The notes under the pieces are model-generated. The model did not search any database. It saw nothing but the letters and a program-made list of their open reading frames with translations, and was not told where the DNA came from. A DNA stretch of 64,000 nucleotides, taken from assembly GCA_029865885.1 (NCBI GenBank), contig JARXAK010000217.1, forward strand, positions 515-64,514, read 5' to 3'. The stretch's first letter is position 1, and each line of letters opens with the position of its first letter. Shown one piece after another: positions 19,103-29,628 of this stretch. The DNA comes from Rhizobium sp. (GTDB lineage Bacteria; Pseudomonadota; Alphaproteobacteria; Rhizobiales; Rhizobiaceae). The translations under genes were made by a program, and so were the position numbers.

Positions 19103-21151
19103 ATGTTGCGCGTTAGAAAAATGGCTTTGACCGCGTCGGTGTGCGTTCTGGCGCTGTCCGGTGCGGATTCTCGTGCGCAGGACGCCGAAGGCGGGACGGT
19201 TCTGGAAAAGATCACCATTACTGCCACCAAGCGCGAGCAGGAGATCGGCAAGGTCGATGCCTCCGTCACGGTCGTCACCGGCGAGGAACTTGCACAGCGC
19301 GGCGTGCGCACGGTTGACGATCTCCAGAAGGTGTTTCCCGGCGTCAGCATGGGCAATCGCGGCAATCGCGTCTATTCCAACGTGACGGTGCGTGGCATTT
19401 CCTCGCCGGATTATTTCAATCCGACCGTTCAGGTCTATATCGACGGTGTGCCGCAACTGCCCTCGACCTTTGCGCAGATGTTGACCGATGTGGAGCGCGT
19501 CGAGCTCCTGCGCGGCCCGCAGGGTACGCTTTACGGGGCGAATGCCTATGGCGGTGTGATCAATATCATCACCAGGCGCAAGGATACGAACCACTTCTAT
19601 GTCGAAACGAATGTCTCGCCGGATGAACCCTCGGTGGAGATCGGCGGAACGGCCGTGGTGGTGCCGGACGCGCTTTACTTCGATTATGCTGCCAGTTTCC
19701 GTCACTTCTCCGGCGATATCGATGATGCAACGACCGGCAAGGATGACATCAACACCTCCAATAACGGTTATGGCAGGGCAACGCTGCGCTATGCGCCGAC
19801 CGGCGGCGATTTTGACGCAGCCGTGAGCTATTCGAAGGAGAAGCTGCTGTCTCACGAGGAGCTCTATTCGTTCGAGCCCGATGTGGACGACCGGATCTAC
19901 CGGAGCGGTGTCTACGGAGACATTCCCGATCTTCGTCGCGATGTGACCACGCTTTCCGGTCAGTGGAACTACCATTTCGGCGAATTCACATTGTCCGGCA
20001 TCACCGGCTATCAGAAAAGCGATGTGAAGCGCGACTTCTCCGCCGGTGCGGGCAGCCGTTATCAATGGCCGCAGGATGATGAGACGATCTCACAGGAGCT
20101 GCGCCTGAGCTATGAAGGCGATCTGTTCAGCGGCGTTGCCGGATTGTGGTACAGCCATAACGATTTCATGGGCTGGAAGAGCGCAATTGCACCCTATTAC
20201 GGAGCATCGACCAACAATATCGTAACAGATAGCGTTGCCGCCTTTGGCGAGGTCACGTGGCATGCCACCGAGCAGCTCGACCTGACAGGGGGGCTGCGCG
20301 CCACCTACGATCGCTCGAGCATCGACGCTTTCCGTGCCGATAGCTACGGCACGGGCATGGGATTCGATTTCGAGCGCGCTTCAGATTTCACCAGCCTCCA
20401 GCCAAAATTCGCCGTCGGCTATCAGCTGACGCCCGATGTACGTCTGTTTGGCGTCATCTCGCGTGGCTACAAGCCCGGCGGTTTCAACCACAGCATTTCC
20501 TCGTCCATCGACGCGGCCCCCTACGATCCGGAATCGAACTGGAACTTCGAGGCGGGCTTCAAGTCCACGCTTCTCAACGGCGATCTGGATCTGTCGGCGA
20601 GCGTCTATCACATCCGCTCCTCCGACAAGCAGATCTATGTCGGCATGGTCGGGCAGCAGTTCATCCGCAATGCGGGGGAGGCTACCAGTACCGGCATCGA
20701 ACTGGAGGCGGCATGGCGTGCCACCGAAAAGCTGACACTGACCGGCAATGCCGCCTTCGGGCGCTCCAAGTTCACCGATTTCACCGATCCCTATACCGGC
20801 ACGTCCTATGACGGTAACCGTATTCCCTATGCGCCGGATATCACCACCCACCTGAACATTGCCTATGTGCTGAGCGACACTCTGTTCGACGGCACTCTGA
20901 CGGCCAACGGCGCCGTTAACGTCTATTCGAAAACCTGGTTCGACGAGGCCAATGTCACTGGACAATCGGGTTACGCGACCTTCGACGCCAGCCTCGATTT
21001 CGCGAAGGCGGATGGGTTTTCGGCAAAGCTCTACGTCCAGAACATTGCGGACACATCCTACAAGACTTCAGGTTATGTGAATGGTGCCTCTGAGCTTGGC
21101 ACGCTGGGCAAGGGGCGGACCTTCGGCCTGACATTGCGCAAGGAATTCTGA
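19103..21151 (+). CDS. TonB-dependent siderophore receptor, FyuA-like
   Basis: TonB-box-like KITITATKRE; plug NPTVQVYIDGVPQL..DVERVELLRGPQGTLYG; terminal Phe. Confidence 0.9.
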   Translation: MLRVRKMALTASVCVLALSGADSRAQDAEGGTVLEKITITATKREQEIGKVDASVTVVTGEELAQRGVRTVDDLQKVFPGVSMGNRGNRVYSNVTVRGISSPDYFNPTVQVYIDGVPQLPSTFAQMLTDVERVELLRGPQGTLYGANAYGGVINIITRRKDTNHFYVETNVSPDEPSVEIGGTAVVVPDALYFDYAASFRHFSGDIDDATTGKDDINTSNNGYGRATLRYAPTGGDFDAAVSYSKEKLLSHEELYSFEPDVDDRIYRSGVYGDIPDLRRDVTTLSGQWNYHFGEFTLSGITGYQKSDVKRDFSAGAGSRYQWPQDDETISQELRLSYEGDLFSGVAGLWYSHNDFMGWKSAIAPYYGASTNNIVTDSVAAFGEVTWHATEQLDLTGGLRATYDRSSIDAFRADSYGTGMGFDFERASDFTSLQPKFAVGYQLTPDVRLFGVISRGYKPGGFNHSISSSIDAAPYDPESNWNFEAGFKSTLLNGDLDLSASVYHIRSSDKQIYVGMVGQQFIRNAGEATSTGIELEAAWRATEKLTLTGNAAFGRSKFTDFTDPYTGTSYDGNRIPYAPDITTHLNIAYVLSDTLFDGTLTANGAVNVYSKTWFDEANVTGQSGYATFDASLDFAKADGFSAKLYVQNIADTSYKTSGYVNGASELGTLGKGRTFGLTLRKEF

Positions 21152-21158
21152 CCAGGCC

Positions 21159-22376
21159 ATGCGCGCATCTTCGACTATAGCCCTGCCGCGCCTTCTGCTC
21201 GCGGCAGGGGGCATCTATACCGCTCAGAGCCTCGTTGGCGGATTGACGTTCCTCGGCGTTCCCGCCGTGCTGCGGGCTGAAAATGTGGCGCTCGACCGGA
21301 TCGGTCTTGTTTCGCTTGCGATGCTGATCTGGGCCATGAAGTTTCTCTGGGCCGGACCGGTTGAACGATGGCGCATCGGTACAGGCGGACGGCGCCGTTC
21401 GCGGGTTCTGATCCTTGCAGGTGAGGCCATCGTCGTGCTGGCTCTCATGGCCTTTGGCCTTGCCGGGGGGGCGGAGTTTTCGATTATTCTGGCGCTTCTG
21501 GTCCTCATGGCACTGGCATCGGCCACGGTGGACATTGCCTGTGACGCCTTTCTAATCGAACAGTTTCCCGAAAACCGGCGAGGACTGGCCAATGTCGCCC
21601 AGGTTGGCGGCGGCTATCTTGGCATGATCTTCGGCAGCGGTCTGTTCGTTGCCACCTATGCGGCGCTGGGCTGGTTGGCGGCATCCTTCATTCTGGCCGC
21701 GCTCGTTTTTCTGTTTTCAGTGCCGATGGCGATGGTTCGTGAGGTCACCGTGCCGACCACACCGCCCACCGCAGCCGGATTGCTGAATGCCGTGCGGCGG
21801 CCTGAGATCCGGATTGGCATCCTCATGGCGATCACATTCGAACTGGGCGGACGGCTGACGCAGGCGCTGGCCGGGCCGTTTCTGGTCGATGCCGGTCTAC
21901 CGCTTGCAACGCTCGGTCTGCTGAACGGCGGCGGCGGCGTGGCGGCGGGGCTTGCCGGCACCGCAGCCGGTGGCGCACTTGCCCACCGGTTCGGCGCGGT
22001 CCGGGCTATGCGGTCCGTTGCCGGCCTTCATGTCCTTTCGCTTGTGGCGCTCGCCAGCGCCGTTTTGTTTGCCTCCGAGCATCTCTATCTTCTCGTGAGC
22101 CTGTTCGTCCTGGAAAGTGCGATCATGGCGGCCGGGTTCGTTACCAGTTATGCGCGGTTGATGGCGCTGGCTTCCCCTGCCCAGCCGGGTGTCGATTTCA
22201 CGCTTTTCCAATGCGCCAGTGCAATTGCCGCTGCGATCTGCGGCATGAGCGGCGCGATGCTGGCGGCAACAACCGGCTATGCGCCGGTCTTTGCTCTGGC
22301 GGCCTTGCTGGCAGCAATCGTGCCGCCGCTGCTTTTCCTCTTCGAGCGTCTCTTGAGAAAGGAAGTTTCACCATGA
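21159..22376 (+). CDS. MFS siderophore transporter, RhtX/FptX/YbtX-like
   Basis: AmpG-like motifs WAMKFLWA and ASATVDIACDA; QPGVDFTLFQ. Confidence 0.85.
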   Translation: MRASSTIALPRLLLAAGGIYTAQSLVGGLTFLGVPAVLRAENVALDRIGLVSLAMLIWAMKFLWAGPVERWRIGTGGRRRSRVLILAGEAIVVLALMAFGLAGGAEFSIILALLVLMALASATVDIACDAFLIEQFPENRRGLANVAQVGGGYLGMIFGSGLFVATYAALGWLAASFILAALVFLFSVPMAMVREVTVPTTPPTAAGLLNAVRRPEIRIGILMAITFELGGRLTQALAGPFLVDAGLPLATLGLLNGGGGVAAGLAGTAAGGALAHRFGAVRAMRSVAGLHVLSLVALASAVLFASEHLYLLVSLFVLESAIMAAGFVTSYARLMALASPAQPGVDFTLFQCASAIAAAICGMSGAMLAATTGYAPVFALAALLAAIVPPLLFLFERLLRKEVSP

Positions 22377-23548
22377 CCAGACCGCTTGCCGTAATCGTCG
22401 GTGCCGGTGTCGGCGGTCTGGCTGCCGCCTGGTGGCTGGACAAGGCCGGTTGGCGCTCGCTCGTGATCGAGCGTGCGGCTGAGCTGCGTCAGAACGGCTA
22501 TATGCTCGGCCTTTCCGGCCTTGGTTTCGAGACTGTCAGCCGCATGGGCCTTATCGAAACGCTGGAGGCTGCGTCATACCGGATCGATGAGAACGTCTAT
22601 AAAGACAGCAAGGGGCGTGAACTGCTGCGCTTGCGGTATCGCGATTTCATTCAGGACCTTCCTTATCTCGCCATACGCCGGAGCGATCTCGTGCGGGCGC
22701 TGGCTAAGAGCCTGCCCGGCTCGGCTACAATCCGTTTCAGTGAAACGGTGGCCGGTTTTAAGGACAAGGGCACGCATGTTGATGTGACCCTGACCGGCGG
22801 CGAAACGGTGACGGCAGATCTGCTGATCGGTGCCGATGGTTTCCGTTCGCACACGCGGCAGGCCCTGTTCGGGCCGGATGGCGACTGTCTTCAGCCATTG
22901 GGCTATTATTTCTCGGTCTATGACGTTGGCGCTCCAAAGGATTTCGAGACCGATTTCGTATCCTATGCGGAACCGGGACATCTCGCCGAATATTATGCGC
23001 TGGATGGCGGTCGTCTTGCCGCCATGCATGTCTGGCGCGATGAGCGCAGCGGATTGGAACGGGTGCCGGACAAAATGGCTTTGCTCAACAGCGTCAGTGC
23101 GACCAGCCATCCGCAGGTTCGCGCACTGCTTGAGCAGGCCGGGAGTGCAGAGGATCCCATTGTTGTGGACAGCCTGACCATGGTCGACCTGCCGCAATGG
23201 TCGAAGGGCCGGGTGCTTCTCCTTGGCGATGCCGCGCATTGTCTGACACTTGTTTCGGGGCAGGGGGCGGGTATGGCACTCGCCTCTGCGGAAATACTAG
23301 CGCAAGCCCTCAAAGAGTGCGGCGACCTGACCGGGGCCCTTGCACGTCACGAGGCGCATCTGAGGCCGGTCATCGGCCGACTTCAGGCGAGAAGCCGCAA
23401 AATGGCGGCGATTTTCATTCCGCAAAGCTGGTTCGCGTTCCGTCTGCGGAATTTCGTCATGCGCCACATGCCGCGCGCGTGGCTGGGCAGATATTTCAGC
23501 AGCGCAATTCGCTCTGAAATTGAACTGGCGCGAATGCTATCGAATTGA
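22373..23548 (+). CDS. FAD-dependent monooxygenase/oxidoreductase
   Basis: VGAGVGG, DLLIGADG and LLGDAAH fingerprints; ATGA-coupled to the MFS gene. Confidence 0.88.
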   Translation: MTRPLAVIVGAGVGGLAAAWWLDKAGWRSLVIERAAELRQNGYMLGLSGLGFETVSRMGLIETLEAASYRIDENVYKDSKGRELLRLRYRDFIQDLPYLAIRRSDLVRALAKSLPGSATIRFSETVAGFKDKGTHVDVTLTGGETVTADLLIGADGFRSHTRQALFGPDGDCLQPLGYYFSVYDVGAPKDFETDFVSYAEPGHLAEYYALDGGRLAAMHVWRDERSGLERVPDKMALLNSVSATSHPQVRALLEQAGSAEDPIVVDSLTMVDLPQWSKGRVLLLGDAAHCLTLVSGQGAGMALASAEILAQALKECGDLTGALARHEAHLRPVIGRLQARSRKMAAIFIPQSWFAFRLRNFVMRHMPRAWLGRYFSSAIRSEIELARMLSN

Positions 23549-24282
23549 ACAAGTACCAGCGTTGTCGCTGTTGAAAGCCAGCGGCAATCTTCTGCTGTTG
23601 GATTGACACGTCAGCCGAAGCCGGTCGCCACCCCACGCGAGGCATTGATACCCGCGCACCAACTCAAGCAAGGTGACGGATAGTTCAGGCATGTCGGCGA
23701 GGATAATGCGGTCGCGCTGTATTTTCTTCTCAAGCCGCGTCTTCTGCCGATGTCGGGCTTTCAAAAAGAAGCCAATCCAGGGGCTCCAGTCTGGCTTGGT
23801 CCTGCGGATCGTTCTCCGGGTGGGCCGAAGCGAGATGTAAGAGCTCTCCTTGCTTTGCTCGACGATGCTTTCGAGTGAGCTGTAGGGATGCAAGCGTAGC
23901 CGGTCCGCAGGATCATCAAGGTGGTCAGAATACGCGATAGGCGGCCATTGCCATTCTGGAATGGATGGATTTCGAGCAAAACGACACCGAAGATCGGGAC
24001 GACCAAGACTGGATGGAGCCGTTTTTCTCGCCCTTGTGCATTCAGCCAGGCGATCAGCTCTTCAGTTCCACGCGGCGTATCGAACAGCGATGCCGTTTCG
24101 AAAACGATCCCGAGCCTCTCGCCCTGTTCGTCAAGCGCCTCTACGTGGTTGGAGAGGGTTTTGTAGGCGCTGCGATGCCACTCGTCCCCTGTCGAATGCG
24201 AGAGACGGTCGCGGTGGATCTGTCTGGTGTGGCTCTCGGTGAACGAGATAGCTTCATAAGCACGGAACAAGGTTTCCATCAC
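23537..24282 (-). pseudogene. Fic-domain protein, frameshifted and truncated
   Basis: HPFQNGNGRLSR motif; continuation (YSSLESIVEQSKE..DWSPWIGFF) is in another frame near 23890; N-terminus missing. Confidence 0.82.
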
Positions 24283-24397
24283 GTCCGCATAGCCGGCAGC
24301 TTTCCCCCTCCTTATCCGCAGGCCACCCCATGTTCTTGGCTATCCGCACCACCAGATTTGCGGAATAATGCCCAGTGGTCAAAGCGGGCGGGAGCGT

Positions 24398-25078
24398 ATG
24401 TTGGCAGCTGCAGATGTACAGGGAACGGAGCCAATCTCCGTCCTGATCGTTGAAGATGACGCCCCGACGCGCCAGCGCATCGTCGGCGCGCTGTCCGATA
24501 AGACGGATTTCGACGTCAGACAGGCGGCAAGCTTCAGCGAAGCCTGCACCTGTTTATCGCAATTCGTACCCGATGTTCTGCTCACCGATATCCAATTGCC
24601 GGACGGCAGCGGAATGGACCTGATCCGCCGGATACGCCAGAAATCCGAGAGAACGGAGATCATGGTGATCTCCATCCTGGGCGATGAGACCAGCGTGATC
24701 TCCGCCATTCTGCTCGGCGCCAACGGTTATATCCTGAAGGATGCGTTCCCGGCGGACATCGCCGATACGGTGCGCGACCTGCTCAAGGGGCATTCACCGA
24801 TTTCGGCATCCATCGCGCGCTTCATCGTCCGCCGCACGCAGTCAGGGGAGAAGGGGTCTCCGCGCTCGGATCTCAATACCGCCAAACTGACCGCCCGCGA
24901 GATCGATATTCTCTGGGGGATCGCCAAGGGGTTCAGCTATGCCGACATCGCTGATCATCTGGGAATTTCACGCCAGACGGTTCCCGGCTACATCAAGAAT
25001 ATCTACCGCAAGCTTGAGGTCAACACCCGGGGCGAGGCGGTCTACGAGGCCCTGCAACAGGGATTGATCCGTCTGTGA
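24398..25078 (+). CDS. NarL/LuxR-family response regulator
   Basis: REC domain (VEDD, LLTDIQLPDGSG, GYILK) plus LuxR HTH (LTARE..IYRKL). Confidence 0.93.
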   Translation: MLAAADVQGTEPISVLIVEDDAPTRQRIVGALSDKTDFDVRQAASFSEACTCLSQFVPDVLLTDIQLPDGSGMDLIRRIRQKSERTEIMVISILGDETSVISAILLGANGYILKDAFPADIADTVRDLLKGHSPISASIARFIVRRTQSGEKGSPRSDLNTAKLTAREIDILWGIAKGFSYADIADHLGISRQTVPGYIKNIYRKLEVNTRGEAVYEALQQGLIRL

Positions 25079-27006
25079 CGCTCGTCTCGTCCCTCGCAGA
25101 CCTCTCCTACCGCCGCCGCATGGCCCTGGCGATGGGCTTCGTGCTCCTGCAGTTGGCGGTGATCATCATCTGCATCCAGATCCGCCAGATCCCCCTTCCG
25201 CGCCCACCGGAAAGCAACCGCATTGAACAGATGTGGCGCGAGGATGCACCTAGCGACTGGCAGGCCGTGACCTTGCCCGATCATCGCCCAACCGCCGGTC
25301 TCACAACGACGGTCACGACCTATCGCGGGGCATTCGAGTGGTCACCAAGCGAGCGGGAGACACCCTGGGCAGTCTTCGTGCCGCGCTTCTCGACCACCAT
25401 CGAGATTGCGATCAATGGCAGCACCATTGAAGATACCGTGCGCGATCCATCCAAGCGACGCCCGGACCGGAACACACCGGTCCTGGCGCCCATTGCCGAC
25501 AGCCTGCTGAAGCCGGGTACGAACGAAATCACGGTCAGATTGCAGGTATGGGGGCCGCTGCAGGGTTATCTGGACAGCATCTATATCGGGCCTGACGCGA
25601 ACATGCGCGCCGCCTATGATCTGCGACGGATCCTGTTCGATACCCTGCCGTTGATCCTGGCGGCATGGCAGGTCACCTTCGGCACATTGCTCGGCATTAT
25701 CTGGCTCAACCGCCGCCATGAGGCGATCTACGGGTATCTGGCGCTCGCCACCATGCTGGGGGTCGTGCAGCATTTCGCCGGCCTGCCCCGTTCCGCCATC
25801 GTCGCGGGACTTCTGGGCGCAACCGGTCCGCTCGAAGCAGCCCTGATGCTGCATTACATCCTGCTTCTCACAGGCCGGCGGATCCGGTCCTGGCACGCGC
25901 TTGCCTTCATGCCTAGCCTCGTCATCATCGCAGCCGCCTTCCTTCTGTCGCCCGAGCATCTGCGTGTCGTCTATCTCTTCCTCGGTCCGCCCTCCATGGG
26001 CATCCTGATTGCCGCCGTTTGGATCGTCCTGCTTGCGGCTGTTTGGCAGGCGAGACGGCATTCCGTCTATCTCGCAACGATTTTTACCGCAGTGCTGTGT
26101 TGCTGGGCCCTCGATGTGCTGACGCTCAACAACATGATTGGTGGCGAGCGTGTGTTCATCGGTCGTCCGTCCTATTCGCTGGTGTTGATCGCACTCGGAA
26201 TCTGGCTGAGCTGGCGTTTTGTGCAGGCCCTGAAGAAGGCTGACGGCTTTGCGGCCATGCTGGTGCAGAAGGTCGCGGAAGCAGAGGACAAGCTGCGTGC
26301 CAATTTTGCCCAGGAGGAAGAGCGGGCCCGCTCGGAAGCCCTGCTGGCAGAACGTACCCGCATGATGCGCGACCTGCATGACGGGCTGGGTGGCCAGCTC
26401 GTCAGCATCGTCGCCCTGTCGGAGCAGCCAAAGCCCTCGGGCCAGGCCATAGGCGAGGCGGCACGCGCCGCGCTGAAGGATCTTCGGCTCGTCATCGATG
26501 CGATGGAGGAGATCGACGGTGATCTGATGCTGGCGCTCGCCTCCTGGCGCGAGCGGATCGATACGCAATTGCGGGCGCACCAGATGCACCTGGACTGGAC
26601 TATTCGCGGTCACTCGGGCCTTCCGATTTTTGACAACCTGCGATCCTGGCACGTCATCCAGCTCATCCGCCTGATGGATGAAGTGGTCACCAATGCCGTG
26701 AAGCATTCGGGCGGCAAGCGCGTGGCGGTGACGATCGAAGCGGTCAATGACGCGTCTGACCGGCCGACGGGGCGGATCACCATTCAGGATGATGGCCATG
26801 GATACGATGCGGATGATGCGGGTCCGACCGGCGCCTTCCGCTCGGGCGCCGGTCGCGGACTGTTCAACATTCGCCGGCGGGCGGCGATGTGCGACATCCA
26901 TATCGTGACGCAGACGGGGCCGACCGGCACGCGGATCGAGTTGACCTTGCCGGCAGAGTTTCCCGCACAGACGGGTGACAGTCACGGCCAGTCAGGCAAG
27001 ATCTGA
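25075..27006 (+). CDS. membrane sensor histidine kinase (HisKA_3; periplasmic beta domain plus about 7 TM)
   Basis: ERTRMMRDLHDGLGG H-box; E.VTNAVKHS, DDGHG and GRGL boxes. Confidence 0.9.
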   Translation: MTLVSSLADLSYRRRMALAMGFVLLQLAVIIICIQIRQIPLPRPPESNRIEQMWREDAPSDWQAVTLPDHRPTAGLTTTVTTYRGAFEWSPSERETPWAVFVPRFSTTIEIAINGSTIEDTVRDPSKRRPDRNTPVLAPIADSLLKPGTNEITVRLQVWGPLQGYLDSIYIGPDANMRAAYDLRRILFDTLPLILAAWQVTFGTLLGIIWLNRRHEAIYGYLALATMLGVVQHFAGLPRSAIVAGLLGATGPLEAALMLHYILLLTGRRIRSWHALAFMPSLVIIAAAFLLSPEHLRVVYLFLGPPSMGILIAAVWIVLLAAVWQARRHSVYLATIFTAVLCCWALDVLTLNNMIGGERVFIGRPSYSLVLIALGIWLSWRFVQALKKADGFAAMLVQKVAEAEDKLRANFAQEEERARSEALLAERTRMMRDLHDGLGGQLVSIVALSEQPKPSGQAIGEAARAALKDLRLVIDAMEEIDGDLMLALASWRERIDTQLRAHQMHLDWTIRGHSGLPIFDNLRSWHVIQLIRLMDEVVTNAVKHSGGKRVAVTIEAVNDASDRPTGRITIQDDGHGYDADDAGPTGAFRSGAGRGLFNIRRRAAMCDIHIVTQTGPTGTRIELTLPAEFPAQTGDSHGQSGKI

Positions 27007-27060
27007 TGGCTCGTGACTTGCCCCGGCTTATCCCGGAGGCTGATAGTGGGGGTGATCCCG

Positions 27061-27462
27061 TCAGCGAATACCAACACGGTTGACTGGGCCACCGCGATTG
27101 CCGGGTGCCACCCCGACACCGGGCGCTCCCACTCTCGGCGCGACCCCGACGCCCGGGGCTCCGACGCCTGGAACGCCGGCAACAGGGCGTGCCACGCAGC
27201 CAGCGGGAAAGCCGGGACGCGTGCAATAGACCGCCGCTCGCGCAGCCGGGCGCACGACGCAACCGGCAGGCATCCCGGGTGCCGTGCAGTAGATGACGGC
27301 GACGGCTGGCGGGCGGACGACGCAGCCCTTGGGTACGCCGACCACCTTGCAATAGACGACGGCTGCGGCGGGCGCCGCGATGACAATCGGCTCTGAAACT
27401 GCCAGGCCGGACGCAAAGGTGAGCGCAAGAGCTGAACGGGCAAGGACGGCGCGAAGGGCCAT
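27061..27462 (-). CDS. secreted 133-aa protein with three Cys-pair repeats and a G/V/A/P-rich tail
   Basis: GGAG RBS; signal-peptide-like N-terminus; 3x (V/I)YCxxxGxPxGCVxRP; VPGVGAPGVGVAP repeats. Confidence 0.7.
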   Translation of the reverse strand: MALRAVLARSALALTFASGLAVSEPIVIAAPAAAVVYCKVVGVPKGCVVRPPAVAVIYCTAPGMPAGCVVRPAARAAVYCTRPGFPAGCVARPVAGVPGVGAPGVGVAPRVGAPGVGVAPGNRGGPVNRVGIR

Positions 27463-27643
27463 GATCGTGATCTCCATCAATCCCTGAAATCGATTTTCCG
27501 GTGCCAAACTGCGGCAACTGGATGACGAGTATGACGCGACCATTCCATCCGCACAGGCCATGATCATGGGGTAGAGGCGGCGAGTGTCCGCCGCTACAGA
27601 CAGGGATCGACACATGCGGTAGCGCGAGGCACGAGGCTGCAAG

Positions 27644-29536
27644 ATGATTGGTCCCATAGCGCAGGCGACAGCCTCTGCGCCGGCCCCGGTTGCGCCGGCG
27701 GACACCGCCCCTGATCTGATCGAACGGGCAGGGCAGGTGATCGATCAGTTCGAGACGCGGCTTGTCGAAAGTCTTTTGTCGGCCCCCCGGCTGGTCACTG
27801 ATCTTGCCGCTGCCGGAGAGAGACTTCCGCAGGTCAACGACGCGCTCCTGGCATCGATCGCGGCAAGCCTGTTCCTGATTGGCCTCTTCGGCGTCACGTC
27901 ATTCCTCAGCCGATCGCGGCGGCTTGCGGCGGCCAGTGCGCGCATTCCGGTTATCGCCATGCTGCGGTTGACGGCTTGGGGTCTGCTGCCGTTTCTTACA
28001 ACCGCTCTGGTGGCTCGCATCTTTCTGGTTCACCTGCTCGACGATATGGCCGAAGAGGCTGGCCTGGTGCGGGACATCGTGTTTTCAGTCGTTGTGTGGC
28101 TGGCCTCCGTCACCTTCCTTGATCTGGTCCTGCGTCCCGGCATTCCCCACCTTCGGCTCGTCGCACTGAACGAGCAGGGGGCACGCCGCGCCTTTCGCTG
28201 GGGTGCCCTGCTTCTTGCCTTCGCGCAGTTCCAGGCGGCAGCGCTGGAAACCGCCGGACAGGCTGGAATGCCGGTGCCGTCGCTGACCCTGCTTGCAGCA
28301 TTTGCGGCAACCGCACTTCTGGCCCTCGTGCTGCGTCTTCTTCAGCGTTTGCGCCTTGGTGGCCTGAAGCCCCTCCTGCATCTCTGCCTCGGCTGGGTCG
28401 CGATCCTCGGGGTTTTCCTGTGGATCGGAGGCTGGGTGATGCAGAACATGGCCCTGTTTCAGGGCATGAAGGGGCTGGTCGTCGGCATCCTGATTGCGCT
28501 CGCCTTCGACCGGTCGATCGCGCTCAGCATCAGCCTGTCCCGCCGGCCGGCCGTGATGCGGTTGCTGTTCGTGATCCGGGTTCTCGTCGGTGCCCTGGTA
28601 ATCGCGGTCATTCTCAGGGTCGTCGCCAGTTACTGGCTGGTCGGCAGTCTTTCGCTGATCGATCCGGCCCAATGGCCGAACTATTCCCGGCGCCTCAACT
28701 TCGCTCTCGTGCTTCTCGTCTGCGCTGCGGGTCTTGCTGCCCTCATTCATGCGATGATCGAGGCCCGCATCATGCCGCATGAGGCGCTCGGCTCGCTGGA
28801 GGATCAGGAGCTGCGGCAGGCGCGTGTCTCCACCGTCCTGCCGATCATCCGGTTTTCGCTTCTCGCCCTGATCGGCGGCATCTTCTCGCTTGTCGCACTC
28901 TCGGCGCTTGGCATCGACACGACGCCGCTGATGGCCGGTGCCGGCATCCTCGGCCTCGCCGTCAGCCTGGGTTCGCAGGCATTGGTGAAGGACATCATTT
29001 CCGGCGTCTTCTGGATGCTGGACGATGCCTTCCGCCTCGGCGAAGACGTTGAGATCGACGGCAAGCCGGGCAGGATCGAGCGTATTCAGATCCGTAGTCT
29101 GCGGCTGCGCGGCGCCGATGGCCGGCTGCACACCATTCCCTATGGTCAGATTGAAATCGTTGCCAGCCGCAGCCGCAGCCTCGCCACGGCCAGGATCACG
29201 ATCAGACTGACGGAAAGCCCGAGCGCGGCGCAGCAGGATCGCATGCTGCGCCTGGTCGGATCGACGCTGCGCAGCGAGCCTGGCATCCATATGGCGATCG
29301 TCGGCAAGATCACGCTCGCCGAAGTCGTGTCGGGTGCACAGGCCCATGAGCTCGGCCTGACCTTCAATCTGTTGCGTGCCTCGGTCCACAGCGTCCTGCC
29401 GTTGATCCCGAGCCTGCTTCTCGAGGTGCTTCAGTCGACCGACCTCGCGCTGGCAGCGGATGCGGTGGAGGTTGCCATGGTGGAGACGGCACCCGGCGCG
29501 GAGACGGCGCTGCAGATCGCAGCGTCTACGCCATGA
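27644..29536 (+). CDS. large MscS-family mechanosensitive channel
   Basis: GIDTTPLMAGAGILGLAVSLGSQALVKDIISG..GED.VEI..G.IERI.IRS motif with extra N-terminal TM segments. Confidence 0.88.
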   Translation: MIGPIAQATASAPAPVAPADTAPDLIERAGQVIDQFETRLVESLLSAPRLVTDLAAAGERLPQVNDALLASIAASLFLIGLFGVTSFLSRSRRLAAASARIPVIAMLRLTAWGLLPFLTTALVARIFLVHLLDDMAEEAGLVRDIVFSVVVWLASVTFLDLVLRPGIPHLRLVALNEQGARRAFRWGALLLAFAQFQAAALETAGQAGMPVPSLTLLAAFAATALLALVLRLLQRLRLGGLKPLLHLCLGWVAILGVFLWIGGWVMQNMALFQGMKGLVVGILIALAFDRSIALSISLSRRPAVMRLLFVIRVLVGALVIAVILRVVASYWLVGSLSLIDPAQWPNYSRRLNFALVLLVCAAGLAALIHAMIEARIMPHEALGSLEDQELRQARVSTVLPIIRFSLLALIGGIFSLVALSALGIDTTPLMAGAGILGLAVSLGSQALVKDIISGVFWMLDDAFRLGEDVEIDGKPGRIERIQIRSLRLRGADGRLHTIPYGQIEIVASRSRSLATARITIRLTESPSAAQQDRMLRLVGSTLRSEPGIHMAIVGKITLAEVVSGAQAHELGLTFNLLRASVHSVLPLIPSLLLEVLQSTDLALAADAVEVAMVETAPGAETALQIAASTP

Positions 29537-29628
29537 TCATGGGATGGCGGGACGATGCGACCTGAACGAGTGTGCGCTCCACGATCACGTGGCGCATTGC
29601 CGCGTGCCATGGAACCTGGAGCAATGGA

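Noticed and set aside
23537-24282. Fic gene as an active toxin-antitoxin or defence system
   Set aside because: Frameshifted and truncated, with no partner gene
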